Shown one piece after another: positions 13,970 through 26,549 of a stretch of 64,000 bases of DNA; positions within the stretch are counted from its first letter, which is position 1; each line of letters begins with the position of its first letter. The notes under the pieces were generated by a model. It was not told the origin of the DNA, did not search any database, and was given only the letters and a program-made list of their open reading frames with translations. The translations under genes were made by a program, and so were the position numbers. The DNA is from Thalia democratica (taxonomy: Eukaryota), in assembly GCA_965202585.1 (NCBI GenBank), contig OZ241833.1, positions 50,220,001-50,284,000 of the forward strand, in the 5' to 3' direction.

Positions 13970-14677
13970 ATGAAACGAAACGAAGAAAAGCACTTTGTAC
14001 CGCGAAACTCCGACGAAGAAACCAACAAAACGTCGAAAGAAGATTCAGAAAAAGAATTGGAAAAACCAATTTTGTTTGACAGAGAAGATTTAGTAGTGAA
14101 AGAGTTGTTACAAGAAGGAGGATGCGGCTGTGTGTACAACGCCACTTATAAAAACAAACATGTCGTGGTCAAGACTTCATCAGCTGAAAGCAAAGACAAA
14201 TACATTTTGCAGGAGTACGAGTTCTTGAAAATTCTCCAAAAGGGAAACGTTCGCGGCATTCCAAAGATCGGTCCTAGATTCGTTCATGAAGAAAGACAGA
14301 GTTTTGTTGTCGAAAAACTCGGAAAGGACCTGTTTGATAAAAGAAAAGAGACGAGAAAGGACAAGTTTTCGTTGAAGACCACGGTGAAGGTAGCCTTGCA
14401 AGTGTTGAAAATACTGAATCACGTCCACAGCTGTGGCATCGTTCACAACGACATCAAATCTGAGAACCTCATGACTGGATTATTCGATCAAAACACGATC
14501 TATCTGATTGATTTCGGGTATTCAACATTCTACGTGAAGGACGGAGAGCACGTTAGAGACGAGCACAGCGGCAAATCGCGCGGAACCCTGGCTTACAGTG
14601 AACAGCCTGAAACTGAGAAACCAAAGCCGAAATTTGATGATATGCGGACAGAAAATGAAAAATCAAAGAAGTTGTAA
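13970..14677 (+). CDS. Truncated CK1-like ORF, A/B recombinant (235 aa)
   Basis: N-terminus MKRNEEKHFV (type A); from ILQKGNV onward type B, so the type A stop is absent. Confidence 0.65.
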   Translation: MKRNEEKHFVPRNSDEETNKTSKEDSEKELEKPILFDREDLVVKELLQEGGCGCVYNATYKNKHVVVKTSSAESKDKYILQEYEFLKILQKGNVRGIPKIGPRFVHEERQSFVVEKLGKDLFDKRKETRKDKFSLKTTVKVALQVLKILNHVHSCGIVHNDIKSENLMTGLFDQNTIYLIDFGYSTFYVKDGEHVRDEHSGKSRGTLAYSEQPETEKPKPKFDDMRTENEKSKKL

Positions 14678-15472
14678 AAACTGTGAAATTATAAAATGAA
14701 AGGTTGACTAAAAAGACGCTTGATGAAAATTTACACAATAACAGTTTAAAAGAGTTTTATTAAGAATCAGCCTGGTTTGATGGGCCAGTTTAAAAAATGG
14801 TCAAATTAGCACGTCAGCATGATATTTTCAATTTTTCAACCCAACCCAAAAACATGCTAGAAAGCAGGCCATGGCCAACATGAGCAGTAATTGTGTATTT
14901 TTAGTTCATTTAAATGTTCAAAAATTGTTTTATTAAGCATTTTATAGTTCATTTTCCACTTAAAAGTGCAAAAAAATGAATTTTCACTAATTTTCTTAGT
15001 TTTTGCTTGTTTTTCACAATTCTTTCACTTAAACATGTTGAAAAACAAGCTATTTGTTGATTAAAGTCATTTAAAAGTGATGTTTCAATGCATTCATACA
15101 GTTAATCCTCTTTTATTTGGAAAAAATTTGGTCCACAGGCATGTGCATAGAATCATACAATTTTATGTTGAAAAAATTTGCATAATTTTGTATAGCTTGC
15201 GTTGACAACACTAAACATTCGACTTGTGAAAATTCGACGAAGTTGCTGTTATCAAGTTCTTAAATAATATATTTTAACTAGTATTTAGAAAGTAAAATAT
15301 ATGCACACTTATCTTTATATAATAGATAGCGATAGCTTTTCTCAATAAAATGTTTCTTTCTGAGTTTAAAATTAATTGTTAATTAAAATTTGATATTCAA
15401 TTACAGCAATATAATTCACTAAATAATTTTAAGTTTTTTAATTTTTTAAAGATAATAATCTATAATAAATCT

Positions 15473-16180
15473 ATGAAACAAAACGATGAAAAACACTTAG
15501 TACCACGAAACTCCGACGAAGAAACCAGCAAAACGTTGAAAGAAGATTCAGAAAAAGAATTGGAAAAACCAATTTTGTTTGACAAAGAAGATTTAGTAGT
15601 GAAAGAGTTGTTACAAGAAGGAGGATGCGGCTGTGTGTACAATGCCACTTATAAAAACAAACTTGTCGTTGTCAAGACTTCATCAGCTGAAAGCAAAGAC
15701 AAATACATTTTGCAGGAGTACGAGTTCTTGAAAATTCTCCAAAAGGGAAACGTTCGCGGCATTCCAAAGATCGGTCCTAGATTCGTTCATGAAGAAAGAC
15801 AGAGTTTTGTTGTCGAAAAACTCGGAAAGGACCTGTTTGATAAAAGAAAAGAGACGAGAAAGGACAAGTTTTCGTTGAAGACCACGGTGAAGGTAGCCTT
15901 GCAAGTGTTGAAAATACTGAATCACGTCCACAGCTGTGGCATCGTTCACAACGACATCAAATCTGAGAACCTCATGACTGGATTATTCGATCAAAACACG
16001 ATCTATCTGATTGATTTCGGGTATTCAACATTCTACGTGAAGGACGGAGAGCACGTTAGAGACGAGCACAGCGGCAAATCGCGCGGAACCCTGGCTTACA
16101 GTGAACAGCCTGAAACTGAGAAACCAAAGCCGAAATTTGATGATATGCGGACAGAAAATGAAAAATCAAAGAAGTTGTAA
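15473..16180 (+). CDS. Truncated CK1-like ORF, type B (235 aa)
   Basis: Same translation as 9459; period 1503. Confidence 0.65.
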   Translation: MKQNDEKHLVPRNSDEETSKTLKEDSEKELEKPILFDKEDLVVKELLQEGGCGCVYNATYKNKLVVVKTSSAESKDKYILQEYEFLKILQKGNVRGIPKIGPRFVHEERQSFVVEKLGKDLFDKRKETRKDKFSLKTTVKVALQVLKILNHVHSCGIVHNDIKSENLMTGLFDQNTIYLIDFGYSTFYVKDGEHVRDEHSGKSRGTLAYSEQPETEKPKPKFDDMRTENEKSKKL

Positions 16181-16975
16181 AAACTGTGAAATTATAAAAT
16201 GAAAGGTTGACTAAGAAGACGCTTGATGAAAATTTACACAATAACAGTTTAAAAGAGTTTTATTAAGAATCAGCCTGGTTTGATGGGCCAGTTTAAAAAA
16301 TGGTCAAATTAGCACGTCAGCATGATATTTTCAATTTTTCAACCCAACCCAAAAACATGCTAGAAAGCAGGCCATGGCCAACATGAGCAGTAATTGTGTA
16401 TTTTTAGTTCATTTAAATGTTCAAAAATTGTTTTATTAAGCATTTTATAGTTCATTTTCCACTTAAAAGTGCAAAAAAATGAATTTTCACTAATTTTCTT
16501 AGTTTTTGCTTGTTTTTCACAATTCTTTCACTTAAACATGTTGAAAAACAAGCTATTTGTTGATTAAAGTCATTTAAAAGTGATGTTTCAATGCATTCAT
16601 ACAGTTAATCCTCTTTTATTTGGAAAAAATTTGGTCCACAGGCATGTGCATAGAATCATACAATTTTATGTTGAAAAAATTTGCATAATTTTGTATAGCT
16701 TGCGTTGACAACACTAAACATTCGACTTGTGAAAATTCGACGAAGTTGCTGTTATCAAGTTCTTAAATAATATATTTTAACTAGTATTTAGAAAGTAAAA
16801 TATATGCACACTTATCTTTATATAATAGATAGCGATAGCTTTTCTCAATAAAATGTTTCTTTCTGAGTTTAAAATTAATTGTTAATTAAAATTTGATATT
16901 CAATTACAGCAATATAATTCACTAAATAATTTTAAGTTTTTTAATTTTTTAAAGATAATAATCTATAATAAATCT

Positions 16976-17683
16976 ATGAAACAAAACGATGAAAAACACT
17001 TAGTACCACGAAACTCCGACGAAGAAACCAGCAAAACGTTGAAAGAAGATTCAGAAAAAGAATTGGAAAAACCAATTTTGTTTGACAAAGAAGATTTAGT
17101 AGTGAAAGAGTTGTTACAAGAAGGAGGATGCGGCTGTGTGTACAATGCCACTTATAAAAACAAACTTGTCGTTGTCAAGACTTCATCAGCTGAAAGCAAA
17201 GACAAATACATTTTGCAGGAGTACGAGTTCTTGAAAATTCTCCAAAAGGGAAACGTTCGCGGCATTCCAAAGATCGGTCCTAGATTCGTTCATGAAGAAA
17301 GACAGAGTTTTGTTGTCGAAAAACTCGGAAAGGACCTGTTTGATAAAAGAAAAGAGACGAGAAAGGACAAGTTTTCGTTGAAGACCACGGTGAAGGTAGC
17401 CTTGCAAGTGTTGAAAATACTGAATCACGTCCACAGCTGTGGCATCGTTCACAACGACATCAAATCTGAGAACCTCATGACAGGATTATTCGATCAAAAC
17501 ACGATCTATCTGATTGATTTCGGGTATTCAACATTCTACGTGAAGGACGGAGAGCACGTTAGAGACGAGCACAGCGGCAAATCGCGCGGAACCCTGGCTT
17601 ACAGTGAACAGCCTGAAACTGAGAAACCAAAGCCGAAATTTGATGATATGCGGACAGAAAATGAAAAATCAAAGAAGTTGTAA
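16976..17683 (+). CDS. Truncated CK1-like ORF, type B (235 aa)
   Basis: Same translation as 9459. Confidence 0.65.
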   Translation: MKQNDEKHLVPRNSDEETSKTLKEDSEKELEKPILFDKEDLVVKELLQEGGCGCVYNATYKNKLVVVKTSSAESKDKYILQEYEFLKILQKGNVRGIPKIGPRFVHEERQSFVVEKLGKDLFDKRKETRKDKFSLKTTVKVALQVLKILNHVHSCGIVHNDIKSENLMTGLFDQNTIYLIDFGYSTFYVKDGEHVRDEHSGKSRGTLAYSEQPETEKPKPKFDDMRTENEKSKKL

Positions 17684-18478
17684 AAACTGTGAAATTATAA
17701 AATGAAAGGTTGACTAAAAAGACGCTTGATGAAAATTTACACAATAACAGTTTAAAAGAGTTTTATTAAGAATCAGCCTGGTTGGATGGGCCAGTTTAAA
17801 AAATGGTCAAATTAGCACGTCAGCGTGATATTTTCAATTTTTCAACCCAACCCAAAAACATGCTAGAAAGCAGGCCATGGCCAACATGAGCAGTAATTGT
17901 GTATTTTTAGTTCATTTAAATGTTCAAAAATTGTTTTATTAAGCATTTTATAGTTCATTTTCCACTTAAAAGTGCAAAAAAATGAATTTTCACTAATTTT
18001 CTTAGTTTTTGCTTGTTTTTCACAATTCTTTCACTTAAACATGTTGAAAAACAAGCTATTTGTTGATTAAAGTCATTTAAAAGTGATGTTTCAATGCATT
18101 CATACAGTTAATCCTCTTTTATTTGGAAAAAATTTGGTCCACAGGCATGTGCATAGAATCATACAATTTTATGTTGAAAAAATTTGCATAATTTTGTATA
18201 GCTTGCGTTGACAACACTAAACATTCGACTTGTGAAAATTCGACGAAGTTGCTGTTATCAAGTTCTTAAATAATATATTTTAACTAGTATTTAGAAAGTA
18301 AAATATATGCACACTTATCTTTATATAATAGATAGCGATAGCTTTTCTCAATAAAATGTTTCTTTCTGAGTTTAAAATTAATTGTTAATTAAAATTTGAT
18401 ATTCAATTACAGCAATATAATTCACTAAATAATTTTAAGTTTTTTAATTTTTTAAAGATAATAATCTATAATAAATCT

Positions 18479-19186
18479 ATGAAACAAAACGATGAAAAAC
18501 ACTTAGTACCACGAAACTCCGACGAAGAAACCAGCAAAACGTTGAAAGAAGATTCAGAAAAAGAATTGGAAAAACCAATTTTGTTTGACAAAGAAGATTT
18601 AGTAGTGAAAGAGTTGTTACAAGAAGGAGGATGCGGCTGTGTGTACAATGCCACTTATAAAAACAAACTTGTCGTTGTCAAGACTTCATCAGCTGAAAGC
18701 AAAGACAAATACATTTTGCAGGAGTACGAGTTCTTGAAAATTCTCCAAAAGGGAAACGTTCGCGGCATTCCAAAGATCGGTCCTAGATTCGTTCATGAAG
18801 AAAGACAGAGTTTTGTTGTCGAAAAACTCGGAAAGGACCTGTTTGATAAAAGAAAAGAGACGAGAAAGGACAAGTTTTCGTTGAAGACCACGGTGAAGGT
18901 AGCCTTGCAAGTGTTGAAAATACTGAATCACGTCCACAGCTGTGGCATCGTTCACAACGACATCAAATCTGAGAACCTCATGACTGGATTATTCGATCAA
19001 AACACGATCTATCTGATTGATTTCGGGTATTCAACATTCTACGTGAAGGACGGAGAGCACGTTAGAGACGAGCACAGCGGCAAATCGCGCGGAACCCTGG
19101 CTTACAGTGAACAGCCTGAAACTGAGAAACCAAAGCCGAAATTTGATGATATGCGGACAGAAAATGAAAAATCAAAGAAGTTGTAA
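18479..19186 (+). CDS. Truncated CK1-like ORF, type B (235 aa)
   Basis: Same translation as 9459. Confidence 0.65.
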   Translation: MKQNDEKHLVPRNSDEETSKTLKEDSEKELEKPILFDKEDLVVKELLQEGGCGCVYNATYKNKLVVVKTSSAESKDKYILQEYEFLKILQKGNVRGIPKIGPRFVHEERQSFVVEKLGKDLFDKRKETRKDKFSLKTTVKVALQVLKILNHVHSCGIVHNDIKSENLMTGLFDQNTIYLIDFGYSTFYVKDGEHVRDEHSGKSRGTLAYSEQPETEKPKPKFDDMRTENEKSKKL

Positions 19187-20113
19187 AAACTGTGAAATTA
19201 TAAAATGAAAGGTTGACTAAAAAGACGCTTGATGAAAATTTACACAATAACAGTTTAAAAGAGTTTTATTAAGAATCAGCCTGGTTTGATGGGCCAGTTT
19301 AAAAAATGGTCAAATTAGCACGTCAGCGTGATATTTTCAATTTTTCAACCCAACCCAAAAACATGCTAGAAAGCAGGCCATGGCCAACATGAGCAGTAAT
19401 TGTGTATTTTTAGTTCATTTAAATGTTCAAAAATTGTTTTATTAAGCATTTTATAGTTCATTTTCCACTTAAAAGTGCAAAAAAATGAACTTTCACAAAT
19501 TTTCTTAGTTTTTGCTTGTTTTTCACAATTCTTTCACTTAAACATGTTAAAAAACAAGCTATTTGTTGATTAAAGTCATTTAAAAGTGATGTTTCAATGT
19601 ATTCATACAGTTAATCCTCTTTTATTTGGAAAAAATTTGGTCCACAGGCATGTGCATAGAATCATACAATTTTATGTTGAAAAAATTTGCATAATTTTGT
19701 ATAGCTTGCGTTGACAACACTAAATATTCGACTTGTGAAAATTCGACGAAGTTGCTGTTATCAAGTTCTTAAATAATATATTTTAACTAGTATTTAGAAA
19801 GTAAAATATATGCACACTTATCTTTATATAATAGATAGCGATAGCTATTCTCAATAAATTATATCATATAAATTTTTAATATTTCAATAAAATTTTCGGA
19901 TATAATACTAAGAAGTATAAACATATTGTTTTAAAATATAAAAGTTGCTGTAATATAAAGTTCTTGTATAACATATTTTTACTAGTTTTTTGAAAACAAA
20001 ATACGCACACTTATCTTTATAAAATGTATAGCGAAAATTATTGTCAATGAATTGTTTCTTACTGAGTTTAAATTTAACTGTTAATTAAAAGTTAATATTC
20101 AATTACAGCAATA

Positions 20114-20212
20114 AAGTTTGATCAGAAGCCGGATTACGATATGTACTGCGGATTGTTTGAAAAATTACTGAACAAAAACGAAAACGATAGTCGGATTTAT
20201 TGGAAAAGCTAA
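20114..20212 (+). pseudogene. CK1-like C-terminal tail fragment (KFDQKPDYDMYCGLFEKLLNKNENDSRIYWKS*)
   Basis: Matches the end of the terminal copy (KFDQKPDY...DSRINWKR*); no start codon for the kinase body. Confidence 0.9.
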
Positions 20213-21207
20213 TGAATTACTAAACTTCTATATTTTAAACTGAAATTTGATGATATGCGGACAGAAAATGAAAAATTAAGGAAGTTGTAAAAACTGTGAA
20301 ATTATAAAATGAAAGGTTGACTAAAAAGATGCTTGATGAAAATTTACACAATAACAGTTTAAAAGAGTTTATTAAGAATCAGCCTGGTTTGATGGGCCAG
20401 TTTAAAAAATGGTCAAATTAGCACGTCAGCGTGATGTTTTCAATTTTTCAAACAAACCCAAAAACATGCTAGAAAGCAGGCCATGGCCAACATGAGCAAT
20501 AATTGTGTATTTTTAGTTCATTTAAATGTTCAAAAATTGTTTTATTATAGTGCATTTTCCACTTAAAAGTGCAAAAAAATGAACTTTCACAAATTTTCTT
20601 AGTTTTTGCTTGTTTTTCACAATTCTTTCACTTAAACATGTTAAAAAACAAGCTATTTGTTGATTAAAGTCATTTAAAAGTGATGTTTCAATGTATTCAT
20701 ACAGTTAATCCTCTTTTATTTGGAAAAAATTTGGTCCACAGGCATGTGCATAGAATCATACAATTTTATGTTGAAAAAATTTGCATAATTTTGTATAGCT
20801 TGCGTTGACAACACTAAATATTCGACTTGTGAAAATTCGACGAAGTTGCTGTTATCAAGTTCTTAAATAATATATTTTAACTAGTATTTAGAAAGTAAAA
20901 TATATGCACACTTATCTTTATATAATAGATAGCGATAGCTATTCTCAATAAATTATATCATATAAATTTTTAATATTTCAATAAAATTTTCGGATATAAT
21001 ACTAAGAAGTATAAACATATTGTTTTAAAATATAAAAGTTGCTGTAATATAAAGTTCTTGTATAACATATTTTTACTAGTTTTTTGAAAACAAAATACGC
21101 ACACTTATCTTTATAAAATGTATAGCGAAAATTATTGTCAATGAATTGTTTCTTACTGAGTTTAAATTTAACTGTTAATTAAAAGTTAATATTCAATTAC
21201 AGCAATA

Positions 21208-21306
21208 AAGTTTGATCAGAAGCCGGATTACGATATGTACTGCGGATTGTTTGAAAAATTACTGAACAAAAACGAAAACGATAGTCGGATTTATTGGAAA
21301 AGCTAA
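21208..21306 (+). pseudogene. CK1-like C-terminal tail fragment
   Basis: Same as 20114-20212. Confidence 0.9.
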
Positions 21307-22301
21307 TGAATTACTAAACTTCTATATTTTAAACTGAAATTTGATGATATGCGGACAGAAAATGAAAAATTAAGGAAGTTGTAAAAACTGTGAAATTATA
21401 AAATGAAAGGTTGACTAAAAAGATGCTTGATGAAAATTTACACAATAACAGTTTAAAAGAGTTTATTAAGAATCAGCCTGGTTTGATGGGCCAGTTTAAA
21501 AAATGGTCAAATTAGCACGTCAGCGTGATGTTTTCAATTTTTCAAACAAACCCAAAAACATGCTAGAAAGCAGGCCATGGCCAACATGAGCAATAATTGT
21601 GTATTTTTAGTTCATTTAAATGTTCAAAAATTGTTTTATTATAGTGCATTTTCCACTTAAAAGTGCAAAAAAATGAACTTTCACAAATTTTCTTAGTTTT
21701 TGCTTGTTTTTCACAATTCTTTCACTTAAACATGTTAAAAAACAAGCTATTTGTTGATTAAAGTCATTTAAAAGTGATGTTTCAATGTATTCATACAGTT
21801 AATCCTCTTTTATTTGGAAAAAATTTGGTCCACAGGCATGTGCATAGAATCATACAATTTTATGTTGAAAAAATTTGCATAATTTTGTATAGCTTGCGTT
21901 GACAACACTAAATATTCGACTTGTGAAAATTCGACGAAGTTGCTGTTATCAAGTTCTTAAATAATATATTTTAACTAGTATTTAGAAAGTAAAATATATG
22001 CACACTTATCTTTATATAATAGATAGCGATAGCTATTCTCAATAAATTATATCATATAAATTTTTAATATTTCAATAAAATTTTCGGATATAATACTAAG
22101 AAGTATAAACATATTGTTTTAAAATATAAAAGTTGCTGTAATATAAAGTTCTTGTATAACATATTTTTACTAGTTTTTTGAAAACAAAATACGCACACTT
22201 ATCTTTATAAAATGTATAGCGAAAATTATTGTCAATGAATTGTTTCTTACTGAGTTTAAATTTAACTGTTAATTAAAAGTTAATATTCAATTACAGCAAT
22301 A

Positions 22302-22400
22302 AAGTTTGATCAGAAGCCGGATTACGATATGTACTGCGGATTGTTTGAAAAATTACTGAACAAAAACGAAAACGATAGTCGGATTTATTGGAAAAGCTAA
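22302..22400 (+). pseudogene. CK1-like C-terminal tail fragment
   Basis: Same as 20114-20212. Confidence 0.9.
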
Positions 22401-23396
22401 TGAATTACTAAACTTCTATATTTTAAACTGAAATTTGATGATATGCGGACAGAAAATGAAAAATTAAGGAAGTTGTAAAAACTGTGAAATTATAAAATGA
22501 AAGGTTGACTAAAAAGATGCTTGATGAAAATTTACACAATGACAGTTTAAAAGAGTTTTATTAAGAATCATCCTGGTTTGATGGGCCAGTTTAAAAAATG
22601 GTCAAATTAGCACGTCAGCGTGATGTTTTCAATTTTTCAAACAAACCCAAAAACATGCTAGAAAGCAGGCCATGGCCAACATGAGCAATAATTGTGTATT
22701 TTTAGTTCATTTAAATGTTCAAAAATTGTTTTATTATAGTGCATTTTCCACTTAAAAGTGCAAAAAAATGAACTTTCACAAATTTTCTTAGTTTTTGCTT
22801 GTTTTTCACAATTCTTTCACTTAAACATGTTAAAAAACAAGCTATTTGTTGATTAAAGTCATTTAAAAGTGATGTTTCAATGTATTCATACAGTTAATCC
22901 TCTTTTATTTGGAAAAAATTTGGTCCACAGGCATGTGCATAGAATCATACAATTTTATGTTGAAAAAATTTGCATAATTTTGTATAGCTTGCGTTGACAA
23001 CACTAAATATTCGACTTGTGAAAATTCGACGAAGTTGCTGTTATCAAGTTCTTAAATAATATATTTTAACTAGTATTTAGAAAGTAAAATATATGCACAC
23101 TTATCTTTATATAATAGATAGCGATAGCTATTCTCAATAAATTATATCATATAAATTTTTAATATTTCAATAAAATTTTCGGATATAATACTAAGAAGTA
23201 TAAACATATTGTTTTAAAATATAAAAGTTGCTGTAATATAAAGTTCTTGTATAACATATTTTTACTAGTTTTTTGAAAACAAAATACGCACACTTATCTT
23301 TATAAAATGTATAGCGAAAATTATTGTCAATGAATTGTTTCTTACTGAGTTTAAATTTAACTGTTAATTAAAAGTTAATATTCAATTACAGCAATA

Positions 23397-23495
23397 AAGT
23401 TTGATCAGAAGCCGGATTACGATATGTACTGCGGATTGTTTGAAAAATTACTGAACAAAAACGAAAACGATAGTCGGATTTATTGGAAAAGCTAA
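23397..23495 (+). pseudogene. CK1-like C-terminal tail fragment
   Basis: Same as 20114-20212. Confidence 0.9.
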
Positions 23496-24491
23496 TGAAT
23501 TACTAAACTTCTATATTTTAAACTGAAATTTGATGATATGCGGACAGAAAATGAAAAATTAAGGAAGTTGTAAAAACTGTGAAATTATAAAATGAAAGGT
23601 TGACTAAAAAGATGCTTGATGAAAATTTACACAATGACAGTTTAAAAGAGTTTTATTAAGAATCATCCTGGTTTGATGGGCCAGTTTAAAAAATGGTCAA
23701 ATTAGCACGTCAGCGTGATGTTTTCAATTTTTCAAACAAACCCAAAAACATGCTAGAAAGCAGGCCATGGCCAACATGAGCAATAATTGTGTATTTTTAG
23801 TTCATTTAAATGTTCAAAAATTGTTTTATTATAGTGCATTTTCCACTTAAAAGTGCAAAAAAATGAACTTTCACAAATTTTCTTAGTTTTTGCTTGTTTT
23901 TCACAATTCTTTCACTTAAACATGTTAAAAAACAAGCTATTTGTTGATTAAAGTCATTTAAAAGTGATGTTTCAATGTATTCATACAGTTAATCCTCTTT
24001 TATTTGAAAAAAATTTGGTCCACAGGCATGTGCATAGAATCATACAATTTTATGTTGAAAAAATTTGCATAATTTTGTATAGCTTGCGTTGACAACACTA
24101 AATATTCGACTTGTGAAAATTCGACGAAGTTGCTGTTATCAAGTTCTTAAATAATATATTTTAACTAGTATTTAGAAAGTAAAATATATGCACACTTATC
24201 TTTATATAATAGATAGCGATAGCTATTCTCAATAAATTATATCATATAAATTTTTAATATTTCAATAAAATTTTCGGATATAATACTAAGAAGTATAAAC
24301 ATATTGTTTTAAAATATAAAAGTTGCTGTAATATAAAGTTCTTGTATAACATATTTTTACTAGTTTTTTGAAAACAAAATACGCACACTTATCTTTATAA
24401 AATGTATAGCGAAAATTATTGTCAATGAATTGTTTCTTACTGAGTTTAAATTTAACTGTTAATTAAAAGTTAATATTCAATTACAGCAATA

Positions 24492-24590
24492 AAGTTTGAT
24501 CAGAAGCCGGATTACGATATGTACTGCGGATTGTTTGAAAAATTACTGAACAAAAACGAAAACGATAGTCGGATTTATTGGAAAAGCTAA
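24492..24590 (+). pseudogene. CK1-like C-terminal tail fragment
   Basis: Same as 20114-20212. Confidence 0.9.
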
Positions 24591-25586
24591 TGAATTACTA
24601 AACTTCTATATTTTAAACTGAAATTTGATGATATGCGGACAGAAAATGAAAAATTAAGGAAGTTGTAAAAACTGTGAAATTATAAAATGAAAGGTTGACT
24701 AAAAAGATGCTTGATGAAAATTTACACAATGACAGTTTAAAAGAGTTTTATTAAGAATCAGCCTGGTTTGATGGGCCAGTTTAAAAAATGGTCAAATTAG
24801 CACGTCAGCGTGATGTTTTCAATTTTTCAAACAAACCCAAAAACATGCTAGAAAGCAGGCCATGGCCAACATGAGCAATAATTGTGTATTTTTAGTTCAT
24901 TTAAATGTTCAAAAATTGTTTTATTATAGTGCATTTTCCACTTAAAAGTGCAAAAAAATGAACTTTCACAAATTTTCTTAGTTTTTGCTTGTTTTTCACA
25001 ATTCTTTCACTTAAACATGTTAAAAAACAAGCTATTTGTTGATTAAAGTCATTTAAAAGTGATGTTTCAATGTATTCATACAGTTAATCCTCTTTTATTT
25101 GGAAAAAATTTGGTCCACAGGCATGTGCATAGAATCATACAATTTTATGTTGAAAAAATTTGCATAATTTTGTATAGCTTGCGTTGACAACACTAAATAT
25201 TCGACTTGTGAAAATTCGACGAAGTTGCTGTTATCAAGTTCTTAAATAATATATTTTAACTAGTATTTAGAAAGTAAAATATATGCACACTTATCTTTAT
25301 ATAATAGATAGCGATAGCTATTCTCAATAAATTATATCATATAAATTTTTAATATTTCAATAAAATTTTCGGATATAATACTAAGAAGTATAAACATATT
25401 GTTTTAAAATATAAAAGTTGCTGTAATATAAAGTTCTTGTATAACATATTTTTACTAGTTTTTTGAAAACAAAATACGCACACTTATCTTTATAAAATGT
25501 ATAGCGAAAATTATTGTCAATGAATTGTTTCTTACTGAGTTTAAATTTAACTGTTAATTAAAAGTTAATATTCAATTACAGCAATA

Positions 25587-25685
25587 AAGTTTGATCAGAA
25601 GCCGGATTACGATATGTACTGCGGATTGTTTGAAAAATTACTGAACAAAAACGAAAACGATAGTCGGATTTATTGGAAAAGCTAA
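25587..25685 (+). pseudogene. CK1-like C-terminal tail fragment
   Basis: Same as 20114-20212. Confidence 0.9.
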
Positions 25686-26549
25686 TGAATTACTAAACTT
25701 CTATATTTTAAACTGAAATTTGATGATATGCGGACAGAAAATGAAAAATTAAGGAAGTTGTAAAAACTGTGAAATTATAAAATGAAAGGTTGACTAAAAA
25801 GATGCTTGATGAAAATTTACACAATGACAGTTTAAAAGAGTTTTATTAAGAATCAGCCTGGTTTGATGGGCCAGTTTAAAAAATGGTCAAATTAGCACGT
25901 CAGCGTGATGTTTTCAATTTTTCAACCCAACCCAAAAACATGCTAGAAAGCAGGCCATGGCCAACATGAGCAATAATTGTGTATTTTTAGTTCATTTAAA
26001 TGTTCAAAAATTGTTTTATTATAGTGCATTTTCCACTTAAAAGTGCAAAAAAATGAACTTTCACAAATTTTCTTAGTTTTTGCTTGTTTTTCACAATTCT
26101 TTCACTTAAACATGTTAAAAAACAAGCTATTTGTTGATTAAAGTCATTTAAAAGTGATGTTTCAATGTATTCATACAGTTAATCCTCTTTTATTTGGAAA
26201 AAATTTGGTCCACAGGCATGTGCATAGAATCATACAATTTTATGTTGAAAAAATTTGCATAATTTTGTATAGCTTGCGTTGACAACACTAAACATTCGAC
26301 TTGTGAAAATTCGACGAAGTTGCTGTTATCAAGTTCTTAAATAATATATTTTAACTAGCATTTAGAAAGTAAAATATATGCACACTTATCTTTATATAAT
26401 AGATAGCGATAGCTATTCTCAATAAAATGTTTCTTACTGAGTTTAAATTTAATTGTTAATTAAAGTTTGATATTCAATTACAGCAATATAATTCACTAAA
26501 TTATTTTAAGTTTTTTAATTTTTTTAAGATAAAATTCCATATAAAAGCA

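Larger units (their letters stand above)
19141..25713 (+). repeat. Sub-array of six ~1094-1095-bp units lacking almost all of the kinase ORF
   Basis: aaagtttgatcagaagccgg recurs at 20113, 21207, 22301, 23396, 24491 and 25586. Confidence 0.97.
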
